Positions 39,814-49,846 of a stretch of 64,000 nucleotides of DNA are shown in pieces. This DNA comes from Candidatus Latescibacterota bacterium (GTDB lineage: Bacteria > Latescibacterota > CBDEFO01). Made by a program: the position numbers and the translations under genes. The notes under the pieces are model-generated. The model saw nothing but the letters and a program-made list of their open reading frames with translations. It was not told the DNA's origin and ran no database searches. Where the stretch lies: assembly GCA_965237525.1 (NCBI GenBank), contig CBDEFO010000008.1, forward strand, positions 1,280,001 to 1,344,000. The letters run 5' to 3'. Position 1 is the stretch's first letter; each line of letters starts with the position of its first letter.

Positions 39814-41499
39814 CTACTGACTCAGGTTTTCCACCACGAAATTATTCATCGTCAGGACATCCACGCTACCATCCTTGAAAGCCCTTATCACATCTTGGGG
39901 AGAGCACACGATCGGCTCCTCGTGCATATTGAAACTCGTATTTACAATAGATGGAATCCCTGTTTCTTGCTCAAACAATTTGATGATCCTGTAATACTTG
40001 GGATTATCAACTTCTCTCACCACGTGGGGCCTTGCGGTCCCGTCCACGTGTACCACAGCAGGCGCAAGCTCCCTGCCCCTTGCTGTAACATCATAGGTTA
40101 TCGTCATGAATCTTGACGCCACATGATCCTTATTCCAACCGATGTAAAACTCCCCCGCCCTCTCCTCGAGCGTGCTCGGAGCAAAGGGCATAAACTCTGT
40201 CCTATTCAGCCTCTTGTTTAACCAGTTATTTATCGTGGTATCCACAGGATTTGCCAGAATGGATCTGTTCCCCAAAGCCCTCGGACCATATTCCATCCTG
40301 CCGGAAAATCTCCCCACAATCTTCCCTCGGACTAGCCATTCAGCCGTCGCCTGTTCCACATCCTCACAGTGCCGATAATTAAGCCCGCTCCTTTCAAGAG
40401 CCCGCTCCAACTCCCTGTCCTCCCACTCAGGCCCCAGATAGACCGTCTCCTGAAACCTGGGAAAAGTCTTCTTATTCTCCTGAACGTAAGCCCATAAGGC
40501 AGCTCCCATAGCCAGTCCCCCATCTCCCATATTAGGATGCACGTAGACATTATCCACACCCTCTGTCTCCATAATTTTCTGGTTCAGCCTGACATTTGCG
40601 AACACGCCCCCGGATAGGACTACGTTCGACACGTTCGTCCTGACAAGGGCATCCCCTATCAACCCTAACACTACGTCTTCAATCACCCGTTGCGCCGAAG
40701 CTGCCACGTCCTCTCTTTTATACGAATTGGCCAGCTCGCTAAAAAACTCCGTATTCTTATTCAGATCCCTGAAGAGCAGCGGAACCTCACGAGAATGGAA
40801 CTCCCCGTCTCTATAGATAACCACACCGTTGAAGCTATTCCTGCATACATCAGGGTCGCCGTAGGCCGCAAGACCTGTGATCTTCACTTCGTGCCGATTC
40901 CTCTTAAACCCAAGCCCTAAAGTAATCGCACTGTAAAATATCCCCGGAGAATGGTGACCGTTGCACTCCATCAACCTTCTGATGTTCCCATCGGCACCCA
41001 GACTCACAGTTGCGCAAAGCTCATCTCCGACCCCGTCCACCGTCACGATCAAAGCTTCATCCCAGGGGCAGGTATAATATGCGCTTGAAGCGTGAGATAG
41101 ATGATGCTCTACAAACACGATCTTCTTGTTCTCTAACTCCCCCGGTAGTCTTCTCTTCCTGTTTAAAATCAAATTTCTTACCGCTCCCCCAATCCGCCTC
41201 GGAAGGGGGATCCTAGACCTTATGAACGTATCTGTGCAGTATCTTAAGGTCCTCACAGCCCTATCTTTGCAATTTAACCCACTGAGAGCCACCACGTCAA
41301 CATCCGATGGCTGGATCCCTTCCATCTTCAGTACCTGGTCAATTGAATTCAGGGGGAAACGCCCCTCGTTCTTGTTCCTGGTCAGGCGCTCCTCGTTCAC
41401 AGCCGCCCTCACCACCCCACCTACGATCAACACAGCCCCAGCATCGTGAATCAGCTCACGATTGTCAACAGACCAGCCATGTATACCCAATACTACCAT
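39814..41499 (-). CDS. Carbamoyltransferase (NodU/CmcH family)
   Basis: HDAGA, EERLTR.K, HHLSHASSA, DGVGD, GGVFANV, GRMEYGPRALGNRSIL, FMPFAP and NTSFNMHEEPIV. Confidence 0.92.
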   Translation of the reverse strand: MVVLGIHGWSVDNRELIHDAGAVLIVGGVVRAAVNEERLTRNKNEGRFPLNSIDQVLKMEGIQPSDVDVVALSGLNCKDRAVRTLRYCTDTFIRSRIPLPRRIGGAVRNLILNRKRRLPGELENKKIVFVEHHLSHASSAYYTCPWDEALIVTVDGVGDELCATVSLGADGNIRRLMECNGHHSPGIFYSAITLGLGFKRNRHEVKITGLAAYGDPDVCRNSFNGVVIYRDGEFHSREVPLLFRDLNKNTEFFSELANSYKREDVAASAQRVIEDVVLGLIGDALVRTNVSNVVLSGGVFANVRLNQKIMETEGVDNVYVHPNMGDGGLAMGAALWAYVQENKKTFPRFQETVYLGPEWEDRELERALERSGLNYRHCEDVEQATAEWLVRGKIVGRFSGRMEYGPRALGNRSILANPVDTTINNWLNKRLNRTEFMPFAPSTLEERAGEFYIGWNKDHVASRFMTITYDVTARGRELAPAVVHVDGTARPHVVREVDNPKYYRIIKLFEQETGIPSIVNTSFNMHEEPIVCSPQDVIRAFKDGSVDVLTMNNFVVENLSQ

Positions 41500-41502
41500 A
41501 TC

Positions 41503-42663
41503 TTATCTTCTCTCCAGTTTAGAGTATACATCCAGGAGTCTTCCCTCCATCCTTCCCCAATTATACCTTTTCTCCACAGCCTTCCTTCCTCTGTCTCCCA
41601 TCCTTTTAGCCTCTTTGCGATCTTCTAATAGATGACAGATCGCAGCTGCGATCTCCTTCGGTTCTGTGGGATTCACCACGACTCCACAACCTTCCTTGGA
41701 CACGAACTCCTCGATAGGTGGCAGGTTGCTCCCCACAATCGGAATCCCGCACGCTGCGTACTCAAACTGTTTTGTCGGAACGTTCTTAAAGAACTTGGGG
41801 ATCGGCAGAAGCGTGGCCATTCCCACCTTCGACACCCTTATGTAATCGGCCACTTCTGTGTGATCCACGACCCCGGCAAGCTCCACATTGTCATCAAGAT
41901 CGTTCTCCCTGATTAATCTCTCCATTTCCCTTTTGCACTCAGCGTCCCTTAGTGGCCCCACCAACAGAAGCTTTATGTTCTCAATTTCCCGCTTAACCTC
42001 TCTTATAGCCTCCACTAACTTTACGGCTCCCCTTGGCCTGTGGATCGCCCCTACATATATAACTACCTCGTAACCTTCATACTTGCTCTTCAAGTCCGAT
42101 AGGGCATTCCCATTTTCTCTAAACAGCTCAAGCCGCGGAAGATTCCCCACCTGGACGACATTTCTATTAAATTTCCTGTACCTTTTCCATAGAGCCTTGT
42201 CCGCCGCGATGATAAAATCTGCAAACCGACTAAGAGCGCTCTCCACAATATCTACTAGAAAAGCCAACAGCCAATGTAATCCCCTCGGTATCTTTTCAGA
42301 GTCCCTCATCCTGTCAGGCTGATGCTCATGAGCGTCGTAAATTAAACTGCATTTGCCAAAGACCTTCAGACCTAATCCTATGGCAAGGAGCTCAAAATCG
42401 TGTACATGATACATATCTGCTCGTTCTCTTTTCCCAAAGCTGTACAATCTCCACAGGCGCGACATCCTCCCCAAAAACCCAGTGCCCCATTCCATTTGCA
42501 CAACATTTACCCCCTGTACATCTTCTTTCTTGACCGCCCGATCTTCCCCCCAACACGCCGCAAGCGTAATATCCTTATAGACCTTTACAAGCGACAAAAC
42601 CTCCTTGTAGAAAATCCTGCTGTCGAACGGGCTGTGTCCCAGAGTCAAAATACATATTTTCAT
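41503..42663 (-). CDS. Glycosyltransferase family 4
   Basis: H.PFDSRIFYKE, IYDAHE and PTKQFEYAACGIPIV. Confidence 0.9.
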   Translation of the reverse strand: MKICILTLGHSPFDSRIFYKEVLSLVKVYKDITLAACWGEDRAVKKEDVQGVNVVQMEWGTGFLGRMSRLWRLYSFGKRERADMYHVHDFELLAIGLGLKVFGKCSLIYDAHEHQPDRMRDSEKIPRGLHWLLAFLVDIVESALSRFADFIIAADKALWKRYRKFNRNVVQVGNLPRLELFRENGNALSDLKSKYEGYEVVIYVGAIHRPRGAVKLVEAIREVKREIENIKLLLVGPLRDAECKREMERLIRENDLDDNVELAGVVDHTEVADYIRVSKVGMATLLPIPKFFKNVPTKQFEYAACGIPIVGSNLPPIEEFVSKEGCGVVVNPTEPKEIAAAICHLLEDRKEAKRMGDRGRKAVEKRYNWGRMEGRLLDVYSKLERR

Positions 42664-42699
42664 AAGAGATGAGAGACCGCTTTGATGTTCTCCTCCGAC

Positions 42700-43896
42700 T
42701 TATTTTAGGGAACGGAGAGACTTCCGTGCATCCAGAACACAAGAATAGACTTCCAGCACCCTCTGTGCCGTAACTTCCAGGTCGAACCTGCTTTTTGCAT
42801 ATTGCGCTATTTTCTCAGCTTTATATTCTTGGGGATGATCCAACACGTATAACATAGCGTCTTTAAGCCCTTCTACATCTCTCGGCTCCACCAGTATGCC
42901 CACATCCTCCGTCACCACCTCCTCAGGTCCGCCGCACCTTGTTGAGACGACGGGCTTCCCACAGGCCAAGGCCTCAATCACACAGAGTCCAAAGCTTTCT
43001 GAAAAGCTGGGCAGCACCATAAGATCTGATCCAGAAAGCCATAAGGGCACCTGGTCTATAGGAACGGCGTCCACGAATTTTACCTTATCGTCGATCCCCA
43101 AATTCTTGGTTATTACGCGGAACTCCTCATCGTCTTTTCTCTCCTTGTTCCTTCCTAACAATACCAACTCCACATCCTCCCTCATCTTGAATATACGAGC
43201 CGATGCCGCAAGCAGAACTCCTAAGCCCTTCCTTCTGTCGAATCTCCCTACATATATGATCCTTTTGACCTTGTAGTTTTCTACCTTGCGTTCGCCCTTG
43301 CCGCATATCCGAAACAGCTTTGTATTCACCCCGTTGTAGATCACCCTGACCTTGTCTTTTTTCACACCCATTGCCTCAGCCAATCTTTTCATATCTTCAC
43401 TCACAGCTATAACAAAGTTCGCCCTTCTCAACGTCCACGCGATCAATCCCTTCAGTAACCATTTTCTTGGAAAGAGTTTCAAGTCGCTCCCATGAACTGT
43501 CACCACCACAGGCCTCTTGAATACTATACCGAGCAGGACAGCTCCGAAACCGTCCGGGTAGGCGACGTGCGCATGTATCAGATCGAACTTCAGCCTCCTT
43601 GTCTCCTTAAAAAGCGAGACAAAGTAGAAGAGCCCTACGATCCAAAACAGTATCATGCGCGGAAATGTCAAGTATCTTGGCCTCAAAACTTCGATCCCAT
43701 CCACCGCCTCCCTTTTCGGGATCTGGCGCAGCCTGCTCCATCTTCCAAAGCCTCCCAAAGGCGGAAACCAGGGCACAGGAGCTAAAACTTTAAGATCACA
43801 CCACTCCTTTAGAAAACTCACCTCCTCCTTTACAAATATCCCTGAAATAGTACTGAACTTATTCGGAAACAGATGAGATGTCAAAAGAACCTTCAT
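42700..43896 (-). CDS. Glycosyltransferase family 4
   Basis: IHAHVAYPDG, TVHGSD and SESFGLCVIEALACGKPVV. Confidence 0.9.
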   Translation of the reverse strand: MKVLLTSHLFPNKFSTISGIFVKEEVSFLKEWCDLKVLAPVPWFPPLGGFGRWSRLRQIPKREAVDGIEVLRPRYLTFPRMILFWIVGLFYFVSLFKETRRLKFDLIHAHVAYPDGFGAVLLGIVFKRPVVVTVHGSDLKLFPRKWLLKGLIAWTLRRANFVIAVSEDMKRLAEAMGVKKDKVRVIYNGVNTKLFRICGKGERKVENYKVKRIIYVGRFDRRKGLGVLLAASARIFKMREDVELVLLGRNKERKDDEEFRVITKNLGIDDKVKFVDAVPIDQVPLWLSGSDLMVLPSFSESFGLCVIEALACGKPVVSTRCGGPEEVVTEDVGILVEPRDVEGLKDAMLYVLDHPQEYKAEKIAQYAKSRFDLEVTAQRVLEVYSCVLDARKSLRSLK

Positions 43897-43995
43897 ACTT
43901 CACATAAAATTAGTCTGGAAGTCACTATAGAGATCCAAGAATAGTAGACGGCCAGCGAGAGGGATGCCCTCTATGCTGTCTACCCCCGATTGATT

Positions 43996-45447
43996 CTATC
44001 GGGGGCTATTGTCTACTGTCTTGCCTGTGCCTATCGTCTTGACAGCAAACAGCATGCCCGTCATAACCCAGAGGAAATTATTGTTTATATCCGCGGTGAA
44101 CAACATACTGGCCTGGAAAGCCACGAATACAGAGACATAACCTATGAGCATGGATTTGTGGACTCCGTCCTGGATCTCTTTGATCCCCCTTATCCCTGCC
44201 ATTAGAATCGCAAACATCAGCCAAGCGGCAATTGTAAACCCGACAATTCCCAGTTCCGCCAATAGGTTCGCAGGCAGAGTATGCGACTCCCTTGCCCGAA
44301 ACCAGTTTGGAAAGTCTATTGACCTGTACCTGTAATCCCTGTCGAACAGTACCGGAAAAGATCTGAATCCTACACCCAAGAACGGATTGTCCAAAAACAT
44401 CCTCCAGGCCCCTATCATAAAATATATCCTGCCGCTACTGGAGACTCTGGCCGAAGACCCCATCTCATCCACAATCGTAAAGAGAGACGTAAAACGCCCT
44501 ATCACGATATTTGCAAAATTTTCCGAGACGAAGGTTATGAACAATACTATTACTGCAATCACGCCCACAAATACAAATAGAAACTTGATCTTGCGACTTA
44601 GAAAGACCACAGAACACACCCCCACTACCGTTGCAAGCCAACTGGTGCGCGAAAAACTGATCACGATCCCACTCATAAGCGCCACCATTCCCAAAAGAAG
44701 GACAACCCTCTTCCACAGGGACATCTTGAAATTTACAAATATCGCCGTAGACAGCACGAGCCCTATCATCAAGAATACCGCAAAGTAGTTCGGATTGTGA
44801 AACGTCGCCGCGGCCCTCGGTACAGTCGCTCCCAAAGACTGAACTACCTGGGCAGGAAGGTAAAATTCCTCAGTCAGAGCCTGATATATCCCAAACACTG
44901 ACGCAGCGACAGTGCAGATTATCACAGACGCGGTGACAAATATCACGTCCCTTTTATTCTCGATCAAAAGCACCGTAGCAAACATCAGAGCGGCCAAGAA
45001 TAAGAGCCGGACAAAATCGACCGCCGCCTCTAATCTATCCACGGCATAGGAAACTGAGATCCCCACCACGGCTAAGAACAATATCAGCGGGAGATTTATT
45101 TCAAGTCGTGGCAGGCGGGTTCTACCTCTCAGAAAGGCGTTAGCCATAGAAAATAGCAAAGCCCCGCCGCCCGTGATATGAAACGCCGTTATCGGGACCT
45201 CATAGACGTCGAAGAACTTGGTCGTATCTACCAATGTCCCGGTATAGTCCAGGGCTGTGCTTATTATCATTAAAGGAAACAGAATCTGTGGATAGATCGG
45301 TAAAATCACTACAAGTAACGCCCCCAATAGCGCCCCTGCTACAACCAGAGCATCTTCAACAGGTAGGGCTATTCCAACGACCACAACAGACATTGCCACA
45401 AGAAACAATAAAGGAAAGCCCCATTTCTCAAACGAAGATAGATCCAT
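43996..45447 (-). CDS. O-antigen ligase / Wzy-like polymerase
   Basis: Many TM helices; RAAATFHNPN, SFSRTSW, PFLGVG and SHT...LLAELGIVG. Confidence 0.85.
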   Translation of the reverse strand: MDLSSFEKWGFPLLFLVAMSVVVVGIALPVEDALVVAGALLGALLVVILPIYPQILFPLMIISTALDYTGTLVDTTKFFDVYEVPITAFHITGGGALLFSMANAFLRGRTRLPRLEINLPLILFLAVVGISVSYAVDRLEAAVDFVRLLFLAALMFATVLLIENKRDVIFVTASVIICTVAASVFGIYQALTEEFYLPAQVVQSLGATVPRAAATFHNPNYFAVFLMIGLVLSTAIFVNFKMSLWKRVVLLLGMVALMSGIVISFSRTSWLATVVGVCSVVFLSRKIKFLFVFVGVIAVIVLFITFVSENFANIVIGRFTSLFTIVDEMGSSARVSSSGRIYFMIGAWRMFLDNPFLGVGFRSFPVLFDRDYRYRSIDFPNWFRARESHTLPANLLAELGIVGFTIAAWLMFAILMAGIRGIKEIQDGVHKSMLIGYVSVFVAFQASMLFTADINNNFLWVMTGMLFAVKTIGTGKTVDNSPR

Positions 45448-45489
45448 GTCTGACGCTGCCTGCAACTTAAGACCTCCGATTTTAGGGCA

Positions 45490-46794
45490 CTACGCTACAC
45501 TATGCCATTTGATACTCAACCTCATAAAGGCAAAATCCTCCGTCTTGGGGAAAATCAAACTTCCGGACGAAACCGAAGTGTTCTGTACAAAATATCTGAA
45601 AATCGATCCCGACCACAGAATATAGGCCGCAGAGGTCGCAAGACCCGCTCCCACGAGCCCGAATCTCGGAATCAGTATTAAATTCAGAATCACATTCAGT
45701 GCCAAACCAGAGCCTGCGGCTATCATCGTAACATTCGGATACCCCTTGGTCCACAGGTTCGTCCCTATAATAGATCCCGAAGCCGCAGCTAAAATCCCCG
45801 GCATCATAAACACCAGCGGAATGTAAGCTCCCTCAAAGTCCACTCCAAATATAGCAGGTATAATCCACCATCCTATAAGAACCATTAAAAGACCCATGCA
45901 CACCGTCAGTAAAATTACCAGCCTGTTCACCTTAGCTGTTAGTCTATCCCCCCCCTCAACACTATCGGCGGAAACCTTGGGGAATAACACATTCGCAGCC
46001 ACGTTCGGGACCTTCATCAACATCTCAGCGAACACTATCGCAATCGAATAGACCCCCGCAGAGACGTGTCCCAAGAAATAGTCCACAAGAAAGATGTCCA
46101 CTCTGAACAATAGAGCCACCAATACGTTCACAACCATCCCCTTGGATCCTACCTTCAGCGACTCTTTGAAAAGCCCGCCAGAGAACCTCCTCTTTATACC
46201 GATTAACCTGAACAATAACCAAAATCCCAGAATAAACGCAAAAAGCGACGCTATCAACCAGTTCAACATGACCCACTTAAGCCCTAATTTCAATCCCCAC
46301 AGCACGAATACATTTCCACAAAGATATAGAAAGGCCGCGACCACCGGAACAGTATTAAACTCAATCATTCTGTCCATGCCCAAGAAAATAGAATATATCG
46401 CGTGCAGCAGCACAGTCACCACAGCCACGCCTACCGCCAGGCCGAAAAGACCCCCAATGCTCAGATCCCTAAAGCCACTCACCAGTAGGAAAAAACATAA
46501 AGTTAGAAAAAGTCCCACTCCCAGACTGTACAACATGCTATTTGCAAATAGATCACCAGCCCTACTTCTATCTTTCCCGACAAGATACGAATTTGATCTC
46601 GAGATCATCTGGCCGAAAAACAGAGTAAGCAAAATAGCGGTAGTGGACAGTATAGCGTACTGTCCTCTGCCCTCAGCCCCCAAAAATCGCGTCAGCATCA
46701 CGTTGTTCCCTAACGCCATCACTATCACCCCCACATCGCGAGCCAATCTCAGAGAAAAGCTCTTTGAAAATGACATTTCCTCGGCTTTCCCCAA
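45490..46794 (-). CDS. Wzx-type polysaccharide flippase
   Basis: TRFLGAEGRG.Y, FRVDIFLV..FLG..SAGVYS and LNLILIPRFGLVGA. Confidence 0.88.
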   Translation of the reverse strand: MGKAEEMSFSKSFSLRLARDVGVIVMALGNNVMLTRFLGAEGRGQYAILSTTAILLTLFFGQMISRSNSYLVGKDRSRAGDLFANSMLYSLGVGLFLTLCFFLLVSGFRDLSIGGLFGLAVGVAVVTVLLHAIYSIFLGMDRMIEFNTVPVVAAFLYLCGNVFVLWGLKLGLKWVMLNWLIASLFAFILGFWLLFRLIGIKRRFSGGLFKESLKVGSKGMVVNVLVALLFRVDIFLVDYFLGHVSAGVYSIAIVFAEMLMKVPNVAANVLFPKVSADSVEGGDRLTAKVNRLVILLTVCMGLLMVLIGWWIIPAIFGVDFEGAYIPLVFMMPGILAAASGSIIGTNLWTKGYPNVTMIAAGSGLALNVILNLILIPRFGLVGAGLATSAAYILWSGSIFRYFVQNTSVSSGSLIFPKTEDFAFMRLSIKWHSVA

Positions 46795-46796
46795 CT

Positions 46797-48062
46797 TTAT
46801 GCCTCCTGCTTATCTTCCGCTTCTCCCCACCGTTTCAGTCGTTTTAACTCGGTCAAAATTTTTTCCAGCTTTTTAGAATCCTCGTCCTCACCCTCCCTTA
46901 TGACATTAAAGTACTCGATAAGGAGAACACCCATAATCATAAAGACGCAACTGAAAATCGTAGAGAGCAAGACTATTACAGTTCTTTTGGGCTTGGCCTT
47001 TATATCCGGAGGAACGGCATAGTCCGAGAACTGAACCGTGGGAGTTGTGTTGGTCTCCTCTATACTTGCCCTTGCATACTCCTCAAGCAGAAACTCACCC
47101 ACAGCTGATTGTATTATCATATCCTTACCTAACTGGGAATACTCCAAAGATACACCCGGAATATCCGCCAGTGGCAGAAATAGGTTCTCACCGAAGTCTC
47201 CCAAGCCTATCTCTTCAAACTGTCCATCGGAACCCCGGGCCCTTCTTCCGAATTTCATTTGGTTCAACTGCCTCTTTCTAAACCCTATACTATTTTCGAT
47301 TTTTCTGACCTCAGGGTGATCGAAGTTCATCGAGCTTTTGAACGTCCACAACTTCAGTTCCAGCTCCATCAACTCAGCCTGTATCCTGGACGCTACCTGG
47401 ATTGCGGCCTCGGCCTGATCGGGCACAGATATAGCATTGTGCTTCTCCTGAAACTCCTTTAAGGCCACCTGCGATGCCTCTAATTTGGGAGTGTGTATGA
47501 CCATCTGTCTCTCGATGAACTCCTTTCTGTCGGACGCCATCCGTATGGACAATTCCTGGTTCTTCTTGTCCAAGAAATGCACAAAAGCGTTTGCCATGTC
47601 AGCGGCCGTTACAGGTGATGTATCCAGTACACTTACCGCGATCAACCCATCATCCGTTTTTCTTACTTCGATGTTGCCCCTCAAGATCTCCAGTGTCTTG
47701 TCTCTGTATTCCTGCTCGTAGGCTTCCATTAGATTAAACCTGTCAATTATCTTATTTGCCACCTCGTCGCCCTTTAGGATGCCGACGAAAATGTCCGCAG
47801 GACTTCCCCTTTCGCCCAATCTTAAGGACGGAACCGGAAGCTGTGATATCAGCTCACTGAACCCGTAAGTTCGACTTTGCCGTTTGGGCGGCAGAACCGT
47901 CGCCGTCGCCCTGTACCATTCGGGCAGCAGAAGACTCACTACAGCCGAGACAACAAATACCGAGGAAACAATACCAAAGATAGCCTTCCATCTTTTTACC
48001 AAGATGTAGAATATATCCAGGACGTTCATCTCCTTTTTACTCATGTCCACTCCTCCTCTCAC
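46797..48062 (-). CDS. Wzz/GumC-like chain-length determinant
   Basis: Two terminal TM segments flanking a coiled coil; YRATATVLPP and AVPPD.KAKPKR. Confidence 0.85.
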   Translation of the reverse strand: MRGGVDMSKKEMNVLDIFYILVKRWKAIFGIVSSVFVVSAVVSLLLPEWYRATATVLPPKRQSRTYGFSELISQLPVPSLRLGERGSPADIFVGILKGDEVANKIIDRFNLMEAYEQEYRDKTLEILRGNIEVRKTDDGLIAVSVLDTSPVTAADMANAFVHFLDKKNQELSIRMASDRKEFIERQMVIHTPKLEASQVALKEFQEKHNAISVPDQAEAAIQVASRIQAELMELELKLWTFKSSMNFDHPEVRKIENSIGFRKRQLNQMKFGRRARGSDGQFEEIGLGDFGENLFLPLADIPGVSLEYSQLGKDMIIQSAVGEFLLEEYARASIEETNTTPTVQFSDYAVPPDIKAKPKRTVIVLLSTIFSCVFMIMGVLLIEYFNVIREGEDEDSKKLEKILTELKRLKRWGEAEDKQEA

Positions 48063-49768
48063 TTAGTGACGCTATCCACCACAATAACGAGTGTCGCTGC
48101 CTGTCCCAGAACTGACATACTACTCTTGAAGAAACCCCAGAAATCCACCTCCCTTTTGGAGGGGATCCAGACCGTATCCCCCGGGAGTATCTCGTCAACT
48201 TCCTCGGACTTAAGCAGAAGACCGTCCTCGGACTTGATCACCATCATCCGGCCCTTATCCGCGTTCCACGTCAGTCCTCCTGCCTGAGACAGATAGTAAT
48301 ACGCATCCGCTTCCGCGACGAACTCCACTAGACCGGGGGTCTTGACGTGTCCACTCACGCCTACAGTTTCCCTCTTATTCGGAATCCTTACTTCATCTTC
48401 CGAGAGCAGGAGCAGATCCTCAGACAGGTCCCCCTCTATGAATAACTTACGAAAATCAACGAGCATCCTTCCCGGGCGTTCCCTTGATTTCGTCGCGAAA
48501 TACCCCCTCTCGTCCTCATCCATATCCGCCACGGGAATCTCCTTGAGCCGCTCAAATTCGGCGTCCCTTATCAATGAAAGTTCACCTCTAAAGACTACAG
48601 CAGCGACCAGCGAGGCCTCCTCCGTAAATCCACCCGTTTGCCTTATAAGATCAGTCAACATTACGCCCTTTTTACCTATCACGTAGATCCCTGGCATCAT
48701 CACCTCACCCCTGACTCTCACCCACCTTTTCTTCCTCCAGTCTGGGATACGACGCAGGAATACTCGGTCGTCAGGCATAAGATCGAGATTCCTCGTCCCA
48801 CCCATCGCTGACAGATGCTCGTTCAGATCGATCCATATATGCTGTACCCCGATGCCGTCCTCCTCAAATCGGGCGATCTCCACGCTGTCTAAATACGCAT
48901 TTGCCTGGAGTCCCCCGGCCAGTTCTATGATACTTTCGATGCTGTCATCTCCCGTCAGTTCATACTTGCCGGGGACGTTCACCGCCCCGAATACGTCCAT
49001 GTAACTCTTCCCCACAGGCACGTGGATTACATCTCCCATGCGGACGTAAGGATTTGTCTCCATCCTATGCGTTCGGTAGTACATATCCAGATCCACATTG
49101 ACGACAGTTCCGTCGAGCCTGTAGACCTTTATATTCCTCGTCGACGAGCGCGCTTCGGCAACGGGTTCAATTACAGGCGAAGGGAACGGTCTTGCGTCAA
49201 TTAGCCCTCCCGACGCTTCTATAACGTCTGAGACCCTGTCCATAGCGTAGGCTACGATTGGACCGGGCTTCCTGACGTAACCCTTGACGGCTACTTTGAA
49301 AGACCGAAGATCGGTCAGAGCCACAGATACATCGACGTCCCTTTCGTATCGGGCTTTGACCGCATTTATGATCAACTCTCTGGCCTTTGCCAAGCTCCTG
49401 TCCGAAACGTCCACCTCGCCCACCGTCGGTATCAAGAGCTTCCCCTCCGGGGTCACTACAAGCTTCAGTTCGTGATCCAACTCTCCCCAGAGATAGACCG
49501 TAAACTTATCGTCAGGCCCCACGATATATTCATTCGGGTCTATCCTCCTGTCGAGCGCCTTCTGAAACTCCTTCGGACGGCCTAACGGCAGAAGAGGCCC
49601 CTCCTCCTCCTGTTCGACCTCCGGCAGTGTCGCCTCCGGCAGAGAAGGGATCATCCTTCTTTCCCTCTTCTCCGACTCACTGACCAGACCCCTCAGGCTT
49701 TGTGAAAACGCAGGTGGGAGCTGGGATAAGATAATAGCTAGGATAATGACAAGTCTAAACCTAAACAT
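48059..49768 (-). CDS. Polysaccharide export protein with SLBB repeats (Wza/KpsD-like)
   Basis: YIVGPDD, repeated V.G.V..PG and LAGG motifs; signal peptide. Confidence 0.88.
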   Translation of the reverse strand: MFRFRLVIILAIILSQLPPAFSQSLRGLVSESEKRERRMIPSLPEATLPEVEQEEEGPLLPLGRPKEFQKALDRRIDPNEYIVGPDDKFTVYLWGELDHELKLVVTPEGKLLIPTVGEVDVSDRSLAKARELIINAVKARYERDVDVSVALTDLRSFKVAVKGYVRKPGPIVAYAMDRVSDVIEASGGLIDARPFPSPVIEPVAEARSSTRNIKVYRLDGTVVNVDLDMYYRTHRMETNPYVRMGDVIHVPVGKSYMDVFGAVNVPGKYELTGDDSIESIIELAGGLQANAYLDSVEIARFEEDGIGVQHIWIDLNEHLSAMGGTRNLDLMPDDRVFLRRIPDWRKKRWVRVRGEVMMPGIYVIGKKGVMLTDLIRQTGGFTEEASLVAAVVFRGELSLIRDAEFERLKEIPVADMDEDERGYFATKSRERPGRMLVDFRKLFIEGDLSEDLLLLSEDEVRIPNKRETVGVSGHVKTPGLVEFVAEADAYYYLSQAGGLTWNADKGRMMVIKSEDGLLLKSEEVDEILPGDTVWIPSKREVDFWGFFKSSMSVLGQAATLVIVVDSVTK

Positions 49769-49846
49769 AACCTCAGACCTCCTTAGTTTAACAATTAACA
49801 GGATAACTCCCTAAAGATTGACAGATTACTATCGCATTTTTAAAGC

